The notes beneath the pieces were generated by a model. The model was not told where the DNA came from, made no database searches, and saw only the letters and a program-made list of their open reading frames with translations. The translations under genes were made by a program, and so were the position numbers. Of a DNA stretch of 64,000 bases, positions 51,513 to 64,000 are shown piece after piece. This DNA is from Vicugna vicugna (Eukaryota): positions 6,610,939 through 6,674,938 of the forward strand of contig MU058423.1 in NCBI GenBank assembly GCA_013265495.1, read 5' to 3'. Each line of letters starts with the position of its first letter. The first letter of the stretch is position 1.

Positions 51513-51999
51513 GCTTACCCATTGCAAAACTAAAATTTCTTCATATTTTACAATCAATTTTATTCCTCTATGACTTTCAAGTGCTTTCCTTCTCTCTATG
51601 GTTTCCTTCCATCATTCTTGAATGCCTAGTAACTACTCTTCCTTTCAGATGCAATTGAAAAAACATCTTAAGCTTATCTTGACATTTCCAGGCATAGTTA
51701 ATAACTTCTCTGTATGATAGTTTTACAGGTTTGACAGGTATTTTGGAAGACATTGGTATAGCTTGGGTCATGTCCACATTGATATTTTAAAAATAAACGC
51801 TATGTCAGAAATTGTATAATACAGTCTTTTCCAATCCTTGCAAAACTTGGTATACATAAAGGAACTAAGGCTCAGAGAGATTGAATAAATTGTCCAAGCT
51901 CATATAATAAATAACAAAGCCAGAACTGTGATAATCGTCCTACCACAAGTTCATATTCTCTGTATTACATCAATGTTTCTCATAAAATTCTGAAGTTGT

Positions 52000-52283
52000 G
52001 ATATCCAATAAGCAACACTTTGTTATTGAACACTTGGAATATGATTAGCCTGAACAGAAATATGCTATATGTGCAAAATACACTCCAGAGTTTGAAGTTA
52101 GTGTGAAAAAAATGTAAATAATTAATGTGTAATTCTTTACATGTTGAAACATTTTGTGATACATTAGGCTAAATAAAGTTTATTATTAACATTAAATTCC
52201 CAGTTTTTTTTTACTTCTTTTAATACAGCTACTAAATTTTTTAAAATTATGTATGTGGTTTTCACTTCTATTGAATAGCACTG
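52000..52283. mobile_element. MER33/MER3-like hAT-Charlie element
   Basis: tccaata...gaacacttggaatatg...gtgcaaaatacactccagagtttgaag...ttctattgaatagcactg. Confidence 0.65.
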
Positions 52284-52887
52284 TTGTGGTAACTTTCTCA
52301 CGTTAAGTCAGAGAAAGGACACAGCCATGCAGAAATACAAATAACAATAGTAAAATGAAGGGTATGAGCACTATCTTAAGAGAGTGAGACAGATGTGTTT
52401 AAAGTGCTTTAGTATTTCATTAATAGGAAACTCCTTTGTGATTGATGGGAGTAGAGAAAGGTAAAACTGATTAGAAGAATGGGTTTGATTTTAATGAAAA
52501 GAGATAAGGTAAAATGGCTTTAAAAACATATCAATTGTAGGAACTAGGCAAGAGAATAGCAAGAAACCAATATAGTTTTGTAGAACATTAAGTTAGATGT
52601 TTCAGAGTCATAGGACTTAAAGTAGGAAAGTTATATTGGGGGTCTTTCAAAGTCAGGGAGATGAAAGCAGACTTTCTTCTGAGAGCTATGAGAAGTTACG
52701 GAAAGTTTTTGTTCATTTGTTTTTAAAAAGGAAAGTAACATGATTAGAGCTTTTGGAGTAGAGCAGATGGGTTGGACGGCAAAGAAAACTGAGGTAGAAA
52801 CAACTGAAAACTTGTGCAGTAGTAAAACAGAGTAGTGATGAAAATGTGAACTAGTATTTTAGCAGTAAAAATTAAAAATTAGGAGAG

Positions 52888-53285
52888 TGTGGTAAACTGT
52901 AAAAGTAAGTGCCATCCAATGAATGACACTCACCAGTATCCATACCTCTGTGGGATCTCTTCCCTCATAGACTATGGAACTGGTTTATAACTTGTTTTGT
53001 CCAAAGGGATGTCAGCAAACCAGACACAAACAGAAGTTTGATTAGCATCTACACAGTGGGTCTTGATCTCTTCAAAATCTGAGACCAGTGTGCTGTGATG
53101 GTAATGGGGATATAAGACCACATAGAGAGATCTCATTGTCTTTAGCCATTCCAACCATGTGAGTTGATCTACCACTAACTGTAGTTGAATGACTGTTCCA
53201 GAGCTAAACCAGCAGAATGACCTAGTCAACCCTCAGATAAATGAGAAATAAGTTACTATTGTTATTCAGCAATAATTAATTGATA
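52888..53285 (+). mobile_element. MaLR LTR (MLT1F/H-like) among L2 remnants
   Basis: tgtggta...aacttgttttgtccaaagggatgtcagcaaac...gttattcagcaataattaattgata. Confidence 0.6.
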
Positions 53286-54049
53286 AAAAAAGAGATGCAA
53301 TAGATTTGGTAGAGATAATTGTACAGAAAATGGTAGCTAATCAGATGTAGGGAAGTAGAGAAAAAGAATCAAAAAGGACTCTCTGATTTAAAGTTTACTG
53401 AGTGGAATTATGACAATGCCATTATCACTCATAGTACATTCTAGAGGCATATTCGGTTTAGGGAAACTGAAGAGCTACTATGAGATATACTGAGTTTGAG
53501 GTTTAAAAAACATTAGATATGAAGAAAGAAGAAGAGAGATTTTGGCAGTTTTCAACAAAGAAATGCTAGTCAAAAATGGCACACAAAATATTTAACAACT
53601 GATTTAGCAGACACCAACCAGTCAGAACAGAGGCCATCCATAAACAACTAGTAAGTGCAGGCCAATGCACTCGGGCAGGATTATTAGGCCTGGATAGCTG
53701 GAGCTTTGAAAGTTGACGAGGAATCAATAAAGATGTTGAATCAAATGTTACAACTCTGGGCAAAGCCCAGTAGTCTACATGAAGGGGTCAGGTAGAAGGG
53801 AGAATATAAAGAGTTACCTTCAAAGTGGGAGAGGAGTTTAATTACACAAGAAAGATTTTCAAAAACAAATAGGAAAATCTGCAAGGAGGAAAAGAGATTA
53901 ACTGAATGTAGATGAGTATTAGAAAGAGTATGGGAGAGAAGAGTAACTAGATAGTGGATGATATAGGACTGATGGTGATAAAGAGTTGAGAGTTAGAGAA
54001 GAACAGCATCATTTGAACTTCACACATGATTCAAGGTTCCAAATGTTAA

Positions 54050-54280
54050 AATGTAATGGTTAAGGACATGACCTTAGGAGTTAGACAAGAGAGATTATAG
54101 TTTAAATCTCGACCTTGCCATTTATCAGCTGTGTGATTCTGAAAACTAATCTCTCTAAATTTAACTATGAGCTAGAAAAAATAATATGTACCTTATAATA
54201 GAGTTGTTATGATGATTAAATGGATTAACACATATAAAATTGTTATCCTAGTGCATGGATAAGTAAAAGCTCAATATATT
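54050..54280. mobile_element. MIR SINE
   Basis: tggttaaggacatgaccttaggagttagac...gccatttatcagctgtgtga...gttgttatgatgattaaatg. Confidence 0.7.
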
Positions 54281-56884
54281 TGGTTGCTGTAATGCTGTTG
54301 TTATTATTGTATTTTTATTTTTATTTCTGGTACTATTCAAACTGGTATACACCCATGTTCTCTTCCCACTTATACTTTTCATCTCTTGGGCATTGCCTTT
54401 CAATTCCATTCTCCCCAAGTTCTAATAATACTTTCTACATCTCAGAATTATTTTCATATCCCCTAGAGGAATAGATGGTGATAAGAAGGAACCAGCAATG
54501 TTTTCCACCTGCAGTTTTCTCCACATTTTCTTTTCTTTTTCTTTCTCACTCTCTCTTTAAACAGCTTAGAGCTTTTGGCAGACTACATGTTGGTTTTGAA
54601 ATAACTCATCATTGCCTCATCAGTCATCTCTGAACTATTCTTTAAATAGCAAGTGTTTTTCACAAAATATTTAAAATATTACTAAAATAAAGGATAACTT
54701 ACAGACACAACTTGGGGGAATTTTACTAGCATCCAAGCATAGGTAGAGACATGCAAACATATAATAAGTTTCTACCAAGGATCAGCCATCATCACATGTT
54801 TTCTGAGAAACTTTCTATGAAAAAATATGACATAGGAGAGTCATTAAAACAACTAAAGTATATTTATATTTTGTGAAGTAAAATCTGCAAATAAATTCTT
54901 GACATCTTTGACATCAATAACAAAACCAAAAAATAAGAAAATGAACTAGTTGTTATGTCTACTTCCCATTATAATTTTCCTAAAAAAGTTCTCCTCAGAG
55001 AAGCTATTCATAATTACTAATAGTAATATCAGTGTTCTGTTGCCCACACCTCATATTTCCTGGATTGCCCTAAAAAGAGGAAATTTCTTTTTATTTTGAA
55101 GTTATAATGGCTACTATAATGTGCCAAATGAGATGTCTTGGGAAGTCCTAAAAGTATTAAATAGAATACTGGATAATATCTTAAAATCAAAGCAATACTC
55201 CTTAGGCAGTATTTATATTTGAAGTTTCAATAAAATATATCCAATGTTAAGAAGAAAAAAATTCTGTTAACTCAGACTTATCCATAAGATTACTAGTTAC
55301 TGATATTCTCAAGTGTTTTTTCTCAGTCAGTATTATATGAGGCATTTATTTTATTTATTGTCCATAATATGAATGACATTATAGGGGAAAGGCTCTAATA
55401 TAAATTCAGGATTTCTCTTAACACATCAAATATCATAAATTTAGACATTTAGCTTAAAGTCTGATTAAATCACATGAATGTCATGACATAAATAAAATAA
55501 AGGAGTTCTATTAAAATGTTAAACAAAAAGCAGTAGTCAAGAAACTTCTATCTAATTCTATAGCTTCCTTTCTACTTATATAAACCTTAGTTACCTATGT
55601 ACAATGTCCATGTCCCCTATCCAAAGCAACTTCACCTCTCAGGAAGATACTAATATTTTTACCATAGAAATGAATTAGCATTAACAAAGAAGAGACAAGT
55701 TATCTACTCTTGTCATTTGTAACTATCAGCCTAGATGTCTTATAGTTAAGTATCTTTACAGCATGTAATAAAAATATCATTAAATATTTTAGTGGAAATA
55801 TCATCCATGTCACATCTATAGTTGCTATTTTATCACTTATATTTATCTCCAAGTGTTTTTACCTTTTATTTTTTCTATTTTCCCAGTTTTCAATATACTA
55901 GAGCATTAGGTAATAATTATTACTGTAGTATTTGATCAGGTTAGTGGTTTCTCATACCGAAAAAAAGTCATAACTCTTCTAAATTTTACATTGAATCATG
56001 CACAATTTTCTCAAAACAGTATCCCACCACCCATCCAAAAAAAGAGAAAAAAAAGAAAAGAAAGAAAAAAAAGAAAAATGAACTCGAGCTCAGGATAATA
56101 AGTCACATGTGAAGATTAGAGAAATGAAAGCAAAGATAATCAAGTTTGCCTACCAGATTTCTGAAATGAGAGAAATATTTTGAGCCAGGGATCAGACGCA
56201 TTTCAAACACAAATAGTACGTTTTGTACTGCTGGAAACTGAAATCTGAGCTGTCAACAAGCCTAAAATAGATTGTGAAACTCTGAACTATATCAAAGCAC
56301 GTGACAGAAACCACTTATTTCAAGACAGAAAGGGAGGGGGGAACTATGATACTCAAAAACCATTAAAATAACTCACCACATCAACTTCCTTAGTTTAGCA
56401 ACCTCTCAAATCCACATTTCAGTCTTTTATATCATAAAACAACAAAATCAAACAGTTCTGATTTTGCTTTCTCTTCAATTAGAAAAAAATGCTGAATGTA
56501 GGACTTTAGAGACTTCCTATAATACTCCTCTTCCTTTCAATTGGTGTTCTTATGACCCAGTTCTAATTCTCCAAATCTAATTTGTACAAAAAGTCTAGTG
56601 TGAGCTCTACAATGACACCAGATTGGCTACTATCACTCCTGTTTCCTGAGCAAACTGACTTCCCTCCTTCAGCTCAGTGTGCTGCCCTGCCAGCTCTTCT
56701 AATTACACTGTACCTCTTCAGTTGCTTGCTTTCTGTCTTCCTTTCTCATTCTCAGTATCCTCTCCCAGTCTCAACTAGTCTTTCTTTCCTGAAGCATTTA
56801 TACCAATGTATGGGAAAAAAAAAACCTTTGCTAAAATAAACTTAAAGACACAGATTAGAATATGATTGTGTCAAATTAGTTAAA

Positions 56885-57400
56885 TAAGTGCTACTAGAAT
56901 GTAAATAAAGTCTCTAAACCAAAAATCTAATTTTAAATCCACGGTTTGCCATCTACTATGTGAATCTTAGAGAAAATATTAAAGTCTATAGATTACATTT
57001 AGATCCTCATTTAGAAAATGGAAATAATAGTGCTATTGATAAATATGATAAAAATTCAAAAAAATAATTAATAATAACTAATAATATTCATTGAGTCTTA
57101 CTATGAGCCATTTCCATGTATTATCACTTTGACTCCTCCATAAAAATGCAGGATAGAATCATGATTAGACTCAGTCTTAAAATAAGGAAACTAAGGCACT
57201 GGGAAATTAAGTAATATAACTTGTCCATGAACATATTTTAGTAAATGTTCAGACTGAAACTCAAAGCCAAGCAAAATAACTTTGTAGTGAGCTCTTAGCC
57301 ACTATTCAGTCTTTTTAATCTCCCTCACTGGGTTGTTATAAAAAAATCAAATAAAAAAATTCTATGTGAAGATATTTTAGAACCTGGAAATTTCTGTTTA
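56885..57400. mobile_element. MIR fragments in both orientations
   Basis: cctcatttagaaaatggaaataatag; aataaggaaactaaggcactgggaaattaagtaa. Confidence 0.6.
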
Positions 57401-58267
57401 GCTAATATTAATATGTTCAGAAGACTGTAAAAGTAGTAAGGGCTATGCGCAAATTTCCTGTTTTTCTAATGTTCACTCTAAATGAAACTAATTTTTCTGT
57501 TAGGTTTTATTCCTGATCTCATACTCAACCACAGAATGTACCGTTGTTTATAAATATTGGGTATTCCTCCCTGTAGGTGAAATACATACCTCTGTCCTGC
57601 TGAATTCAAGAGTGCCCACATGATTGGCTTTGGCAATGAAATGCAAATAGAAGTAATGCTTTACTTTGGGGGCTTCTGTGATTGTCAAATGTGTCAAAAA
57701 GATGTTTCTGTAGCAGACTGTGAAGTGACTAATATAAGGAGTCCCCTTGTCAATCTGAGACAAACATGAGAAATAAAGTTGGCTATTCTAAGGCAATGAG
57801 AATTTTTAGTACTTTGATACTGCAGCATGATCTATTCTATTCTGATTGATAAATCATTAAGTTTCCTTAAGCTGTTTGATTCATAAAACATTCTTGTATG
57901 AGATTTTCTTCTTTAGGGATGTAGGAAGTCGAGTGAAGAATAAACTATAAGATCAGAGAATATTACCATTGAGAGAGACTATTGGAATAAACTAGTCCAG
58001 TGGTTTCCAGATTTTAAGTACTAACTAAAATTTCAAAAAATTTTATAAAAACATATTTTAATACAAAGTCTTGAAATTTAGCTTTATGAAAACCTTACCA
58101 TTAATACATTGTTCTCCCTCTCTCTCTCTCTTTTTTTCTGGTCATTTGAAATCACTTATCTAAATCTATTCTTCTTATTTTATTGATGTAGAAAACAAGA
58201 CCTAAAACAAGATAAGTAGCATTTACATTAGACAACCACTCTAAAAACTAACAAAACTGACATGACA

Positions 58268-61200
58268 TTAGCCTCATGGTGGTATGTATTGTTCCTTTCT
58301 TCTCTCTCCTTTGATTTACAACTAATTGGACATCCATAACCAAACAAAAGTCCTCTGCATTTTATACCAGGACATCTAGGAGATTTCTACCCACCTGTGC
58401 ATTCAAAATAGGTGGATAGGACTTCATAGGGGAACGCAGATCTAAGGGGGTGAATGAGTCGGCCCCACTCCCACTTGCTCCAATTAGAAGAAGGGAACCT
58501 GAAAGCACACAACTGGGTGGACAATCATAGGGGACAGAGGATGTGGAGGTCCAGCCAGTCTGATGGGAGAACCCAGAATGCCATTGCAGCAGGATGGAGA
58601 CAAATTTGGGGGCAGAGAAGGAGGAACCTGCAGAGGCAGCCCCACTTCCCAGGAAGAAAGTGAGAGTAGCTATTCCTCTGTTAGAGAAGGAGGAAAGCAA
58701 AAGCGGTGAGTGACAGAGTGCCCAAGATGCACATGGGTTGAGCTGGAGGGTCCCCTTTCTCTCTAGTAGTACCTGGAGTTCAGAGGAGGGATGTCTTCCA
58801 TGACTGGAGGGAGGAAGAGGAAAGAGTGCAGACAAAATTAGCAAAGGACATTGAAGGATCATGTTTCTTGCTATCTGCTTCAACACTATGGGAATCTCCC
58901 ACTCTAGGATCCCCCCACCAGGACATGGCATCTCCAAAGTCTCAGTTGCTAAGACCATGCTTCCCTCCATTCTGTTGCCAGCTCTTTTTACACACTCCCA
59001 AGTGCAGCCTCAAGAGTCAACTTCTATAGGAGAGAAACCCAAAACTTGAGATGTCACGCCACCTTCTGGAAAACAAAAGAACATCTTCTAATTGCCAGCC
59101 TGTTGAGCAATAACATAGTAAACAAATCCTTAACTAAGTGTTTACTACTTCAAATGAAAAAGCAGAGGCACAAATTGTCAAGCACTATGAAAAATGAAGG
59201 AAATATAGTATCACAAAAAGAAAATAATAATTTTCCAGCAACTGAACTCAAAGGGACAGAATGTTAAGATCTGATAAAGAATTCAAAGTGGTTATAATGA
59301 AGAAATTCAATAACTTACAATGAAACAAAGACAGCAAGGTGATGAACTCAGGAATAAAATTAATGACCAGAAAAGATTCTTTACCAAAGAAATTGAAATT
59401 GTTTTATGAACCGAACAGAAATTCTGGAGCTGAAAAAAATGAAAAACTCATTAAAGAGCAGAAGTATCAGGAGAGATTATATGGAAGAAAGAATAAGTAA
59501 TTGGGAAGATAAGAATTTAGAAATGATTCAATTAGAAAAAGGAATTAGACATACAAGTCCACAAAGATAATAGAACACCCTACTATCTCAATGCAAAAAA
59601 AAAAAATCATTTCCAAGACACATTATAATGAAACTGTCAAAAAATCAATGATAAAGAAAGAAACCTAAAATCAGCCAGTAAAAAAAGAAAGTAATCTACA
59701 AAGGAACCCCTACTAGGCTATCAGGAGATTTCTCAGCAAAAATCCTGCAGGCCAGGACAGAGTGAAATGACATAGTCAAAGTGTTGAAAAATTAAAAATT
59801 GCCAGCCAAGAATACTTTATCCGGCTAAGTTATCCCTCATATATAAAGGAGAAATAAAGGCTTTCCCATACAAACAAAAGCTGAAGCAGTTTACCACACT
59901 AGACCTACTTGCAAGAAATTCTAAAAGAGTTCTTCAAGCTGAAATGAACAGATGCTAATTGGGACAAAAAGAACTGGAAAACTTATGAAAGACACAAAAA
60001 CAAAACACAACACTCTGGAAAGGTAATAAATAACAGCAGTTAGAAAACTATAACTATGTTAGAATGATGTCTTAACTACTTAATTATAGTATAAAGGTTA
60101 AAGGAAAAAAGCATTAAAAATAATGACAGCTACTACAATTTGGTAATGATTTCACAGTATAACAATAGGAAAATTGTGACATCAAAAATACAAAAGGAGC
60201 AAAAAGCATGAAAACTTTATATTGAAAAAGAAAATCTGTTATCAGCATAAAAAGGACTATTTTATTCCTATAATGATGTTTCATGTAAACTTCATGGTAA
60301 CCACAAAGCAAAAATCTGAAATAGAGTCACAAAACATAAAAAGGGGAGACTGAGAAAACCACTGGGGAAAAACCACCAATTTAGAAAGGTAGGCAGAAAC
60401 AGGGAAAAAGAAACAACACAGATAAAAAGTAAACAAAAGGAAAAAATAAGATGGCAGTAATAAGTCTTTACATATCAGTAATCATTCTAAATGTAAATAG
60501 ATTGAATTCACCAATCAAAAGGCATAGAGTTGGCTGGAAAAAACAAGACTTGACTATACACTGTATACAGGAGACTTATTTTAGGTCAAAAGACATACAT
60601 AGGCTCAAAGTGAATGTATAGAAGATATTCCAAGTAAGTGAAAACCAAAAGAGGGGTTAGCCATACTTAGACAAAATAAACTTCAAGCCAAAAAATGGTA
60701 ACAAGAGACAAAAAAGATTATTATGATGACAAAGGGGTCTATACATCAAAAAAGATATTGTAAATATACATACACCCAACATCAGAGCACTAAACTCTAT
60801 TAAGCAAATACTAAAAGATCTAAAGTGAGAAACAGACAATAATACAATAGTAGAGGACTTCAGTATAATGCTGTTAGCAATGGTCAATCAGACAGAAAAT
60901 CAACAAGAAACACTGGATTGAACCATGCTTTAGAACAAGTGGATCTAACAGACATATATAAAACATTCCATCCAATAGCAGCAGAGTACACATTTTTCCC
61001 CGGTGCACATGGGACAGTCTCCAGGATAGAACATATGATAGGATACAAAATAAATCCAAGAAGACTGAAATCATACCAACTATCTTTTCTAACCACAATG
61101 GTTTGAAACTAGAAATCAACAAGAGAAAAGCTGTGAAGTCTACAAATATGTGGACACTAACAACACATCTCTGAACAACCAATAGGCTGGAGAAGAAATC

Positions 61201-63040
61201 AAAGGGAAATGAAAACTTAACTTAAAACAAATGAAAACATATCCAAACTTAGAGTATGCAGCAAAAGCAGTTCTGAGAGAAAAGTTCATAGTGATAAATG
61301 CAGACATTAAGAAGTCAGAAAAATCACAAATAAAAGTATCTAACTTGACATATCAAGAAACTAGACAAAATTACAAATTAAGCACAATGTTAGCAGAAAG
61401 AAGGAAATAATAAATATTAGAGAGAAAATAAATGAAATAAAGACCAGAAAAACAATGAAAGGATCACCAAAACTAAGAGCTGGTTCTTCAAAAAGATTTT
61501 TTTAAAAAACAGTAAATCTTTGGCTAGATTAAGTAAGAACAGAAGACTCAAATAAAGTTAGAAAGTAAAAAGGAGACATCAAAACTGATACTACAGAAAT
61601 AAGCTCCTAAGAAACTATTCTAAACAATTATACACCAACAAATTAGATAACCTAGAGGAAATGGAAATATTTCTAGAAACACACAACCTATCAAGACTGA
61701 ATCAGAAAGAAACAGAAAATCGAACAGACCAATAACAAGTAAAGGGATTGAATCAGTAATCAAAACCCTCCAAACACAGAAAACACCTAGACCAGACAGT
61801 TTCACTGGCAAATTCTACCAAATATTTTCATAAAAATTACCAATCCTTCTTAAACTCTTCCAGGAAACTGAGAAGGGAGTACATTCAAACTCATTTCATG
61901 AGGACAGCACTACCCTGTTACCAAAGCCAGATAAGGACACCACAAGAAAAGAAAATACAGACAAATATTCCTGGTGACTACAGATATAAAAATTCTCAAT
62001 GAAATACTAGCAAACTGCATTCAAGAACACATTAAAATAATTATGCATTGTGATCAAGTGGGATTTACTCCTGGGAAGCAATAATGGTTCAACATACACA
62101 CATCAATAAATATAATACTTCACATTAATAAAATGAAAGGTCAATATCGCATAATCATCTCAATAGAATAAAAAAAGCTTTTGACAAAATTCAGTACCCT
62201 TTCATGATAAAAATCCTCCACAGATGGAGCATAGAAGGAAAATATCTCAACATAATAAAGACCATATATAACAAACACACAGCTAACATTATACTCAATG
62301 GAGAAAATGGAAAGCTTTTCCTCCAAGATCAGGAACCAGGCAAAGGTGTCTACTCCTATTACTCTTATTCGATATAGAAGACCTAGCTAGGGCAATTAGA
62401 CAAGACAAAGACATAAAAGGCAAATCCAAGAAGAAGTAAAATTGTAGCTATTTGCAGATAAGAGTTTGTATATTGAAAATCCTAAAGACTCAACCAAAAA
62501 CACTATTGGAACTAGTCAACAATTTCAGTAAAGTTGCAAGATACAAAATCAACATACAGAAATCAGTTGTACTTCTACACACTAATGGTGAACCAACTCA
62601 AAATGTAAGAAAACTACCCCATTCAATATAGCATTGAAAACAACAAAATATTTAGCAATAATTTTTAACCAAGAAAGTGAAAGATTTGTGCAACAAAAAC
62701 TAGAAGACTTTGCTGAAAGAAACTGAAGACACAAACAAATGGAAAAACATCCTGTGTTCATGAGTCAGAAGAATTAATATTGTTAAAATGTCTATACTGT
62801 CCAAAGCCATCTACAGATTCAACACATTCCCCATCAAATACCAATAGCATTCTTTACAGAAATAGAAAAAGAAGCCTTAAAATTGGTATGGAATTAAAGC
62901 CCCTGAATATACAGTCATCTAATATTCCATAGGAGAGCAAAGAATACCTAGTGGAGAAAGGACAGTCTCTTCAATTGGTGTTGGGATAACTGGGTAAACA
63001 CATGCAAAACAATATAATTGTACCCCAGTGTTACACCCTG
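58268..63040 (+). mobile_element. Long decayed L1: 5' UTR, ORF1 and most of ORF2 (EN and RT), 3' end missing
   Basis: GC-richer 5' UTR ~58270-59050; ORF1 remnants ~59150-59950; ORF2 start (ctaaatgtaaatagattgaattcaccaatcaaaaggcatagag) ~60480; EN remnant LEQVDLTDIYKTFHP..AEYTFF..AHGTVSRIEHMIG; RT motif ctatttgcagat ~62448; many stops and frameshifts. Confidence 0.93.
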
Positions 63041-63059
63041 TAGGAGTTCAATAAAGATT

Positions 63060-64000
63060 TATTAAAATTTTTAAAAGACTGCAATATTTCCATCACACCC
63101 CAAAATTCCCTTTGCAGTCAATTCATCTACCTAGACTTGGCCCCTTCACAATCACTCATCAGGTAGCTGTCCTATAGTTTTGTATTTATAAATTTTTTTA
63201 AAAAATGTAATCACATAATATGTGACTTTGAGTCTGGTTTCTTTCACTGAACTTGAAATGTTTAAGTTAAATCCACATTGCCCCATGTATCAGTCATTAG
63301 CATTTTGTGCAGATGTACTACAATATATGAAGAACACGTGGGTTGTTTCCATTTTGGAGGATGATGAATAAAGTCACTATAAATGTTCACATGCAGGATT
63401 TTTGTTCAAATTTTTGAATTGTGGCAAACATATATATCAAAATTTACCATCTTAAGTTTTTAAACGTACAGTTCAGTGTTATTAAATATATTCATAGTAT
63501 TGAACAACCATCACCATGATTGATCTCCGTAGCTGTTTTCGTTTTGTAAAACTGAGATTCTGTACCATTTAAACTCCCCATTCCTCCCTCCACTCTGCCC
63601 CTGACAACCACTGTTCTTCTTTATTTATTTATTTTTTTGTTCTTCTTTATGTCTCTGATTTTGACTACTGCAAGTACTTCATATAAATCGAATCATATGG
63701 TATTTGTCTTTTTGTAACTGGCTTGTTTCATTTAGCATGTTTACCTCACAAGGATTATCTTTGTTGGAGTATTTCCTTCCTTTTTAAGGCTGAATAATAT
63801 TCTGTTGTACACATACACATGTTGCTTATCCATTCGTCTGACAATGGATAGTTGTATGTCTTCCACCTTTAGGCTTTTGGGAATATTGCTGCTATGAACA
63901 GGGATGTACCAATATTGCTTTGATATCCTGTTTCAATTCTTTTGGGTATACACCCAGAAGTGGAATTGCTGGATCATATGGTAATTTTATTTAGTTTTTT
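63060..64000 (-). mobile_element. Antisense L1 3' UTR fragments (older copy followed by an L1MA/MB-like 3' end from ~63400), running off the window
   Basis: aaatttaccatctta...gtacagttcagtg...; tttgggtatacacccagaagtggaattgctggatcatatggtaatt. Confidence 0.85.

Noticed and set aside
59150..63040. Active L1 ORF1/ORF2
   Set aside because: Numerous stops, frameshifts and deletions; 3' end missing
49700..64000. RNPC3 3' exons, the usual upstream neighbour of AMY genes
   Set aside because: I could not find RNPC3 C-terminal coding sequence by eye; it probably lies beyond the window

Overview
AT-rich mammalian genomic DNA with one protein-coding gene: a complete, intact 10-coding-exon alpha-amylase (GH13, pancreatic AMY2 type) on the minus strand. 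The CDS runs 49461->40819 (1536 nt spliced, 511 aa plus stop) and every intron is GT-AG. It has a TATA box and a PTF1-type pancreatic promoter element. The rest is gene-poor and full of interspersed repeats: old and younger L1s, L2, MIR, MaLR/ERVL and ERV1 LTRs, Tigger1 and MER33-like elements. The young L1 3' ends and the absence of Bov-A/Bov-tA, PRE-1, Alu or B1 SINEs suggest a cetartiodactyl, most likely a camelid (inference). I found no prokaryotic-type system. The most interesting items are unusual amylase substitutions (W434S, G239S, shifted glycosylation sequons), a splice acceptor next to the TATA box with a candidate distal promoter/exon about 7 kb upstream, a chimeric L1-plus-foreign-3'-end retroinsertion nested in an older L1, TSD-flanked young L1s in amylase introns, and a CpG-retaining hairpin in the downstream gene desert. 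Repeat subfamily names and reference residues come from recall, not from a search.
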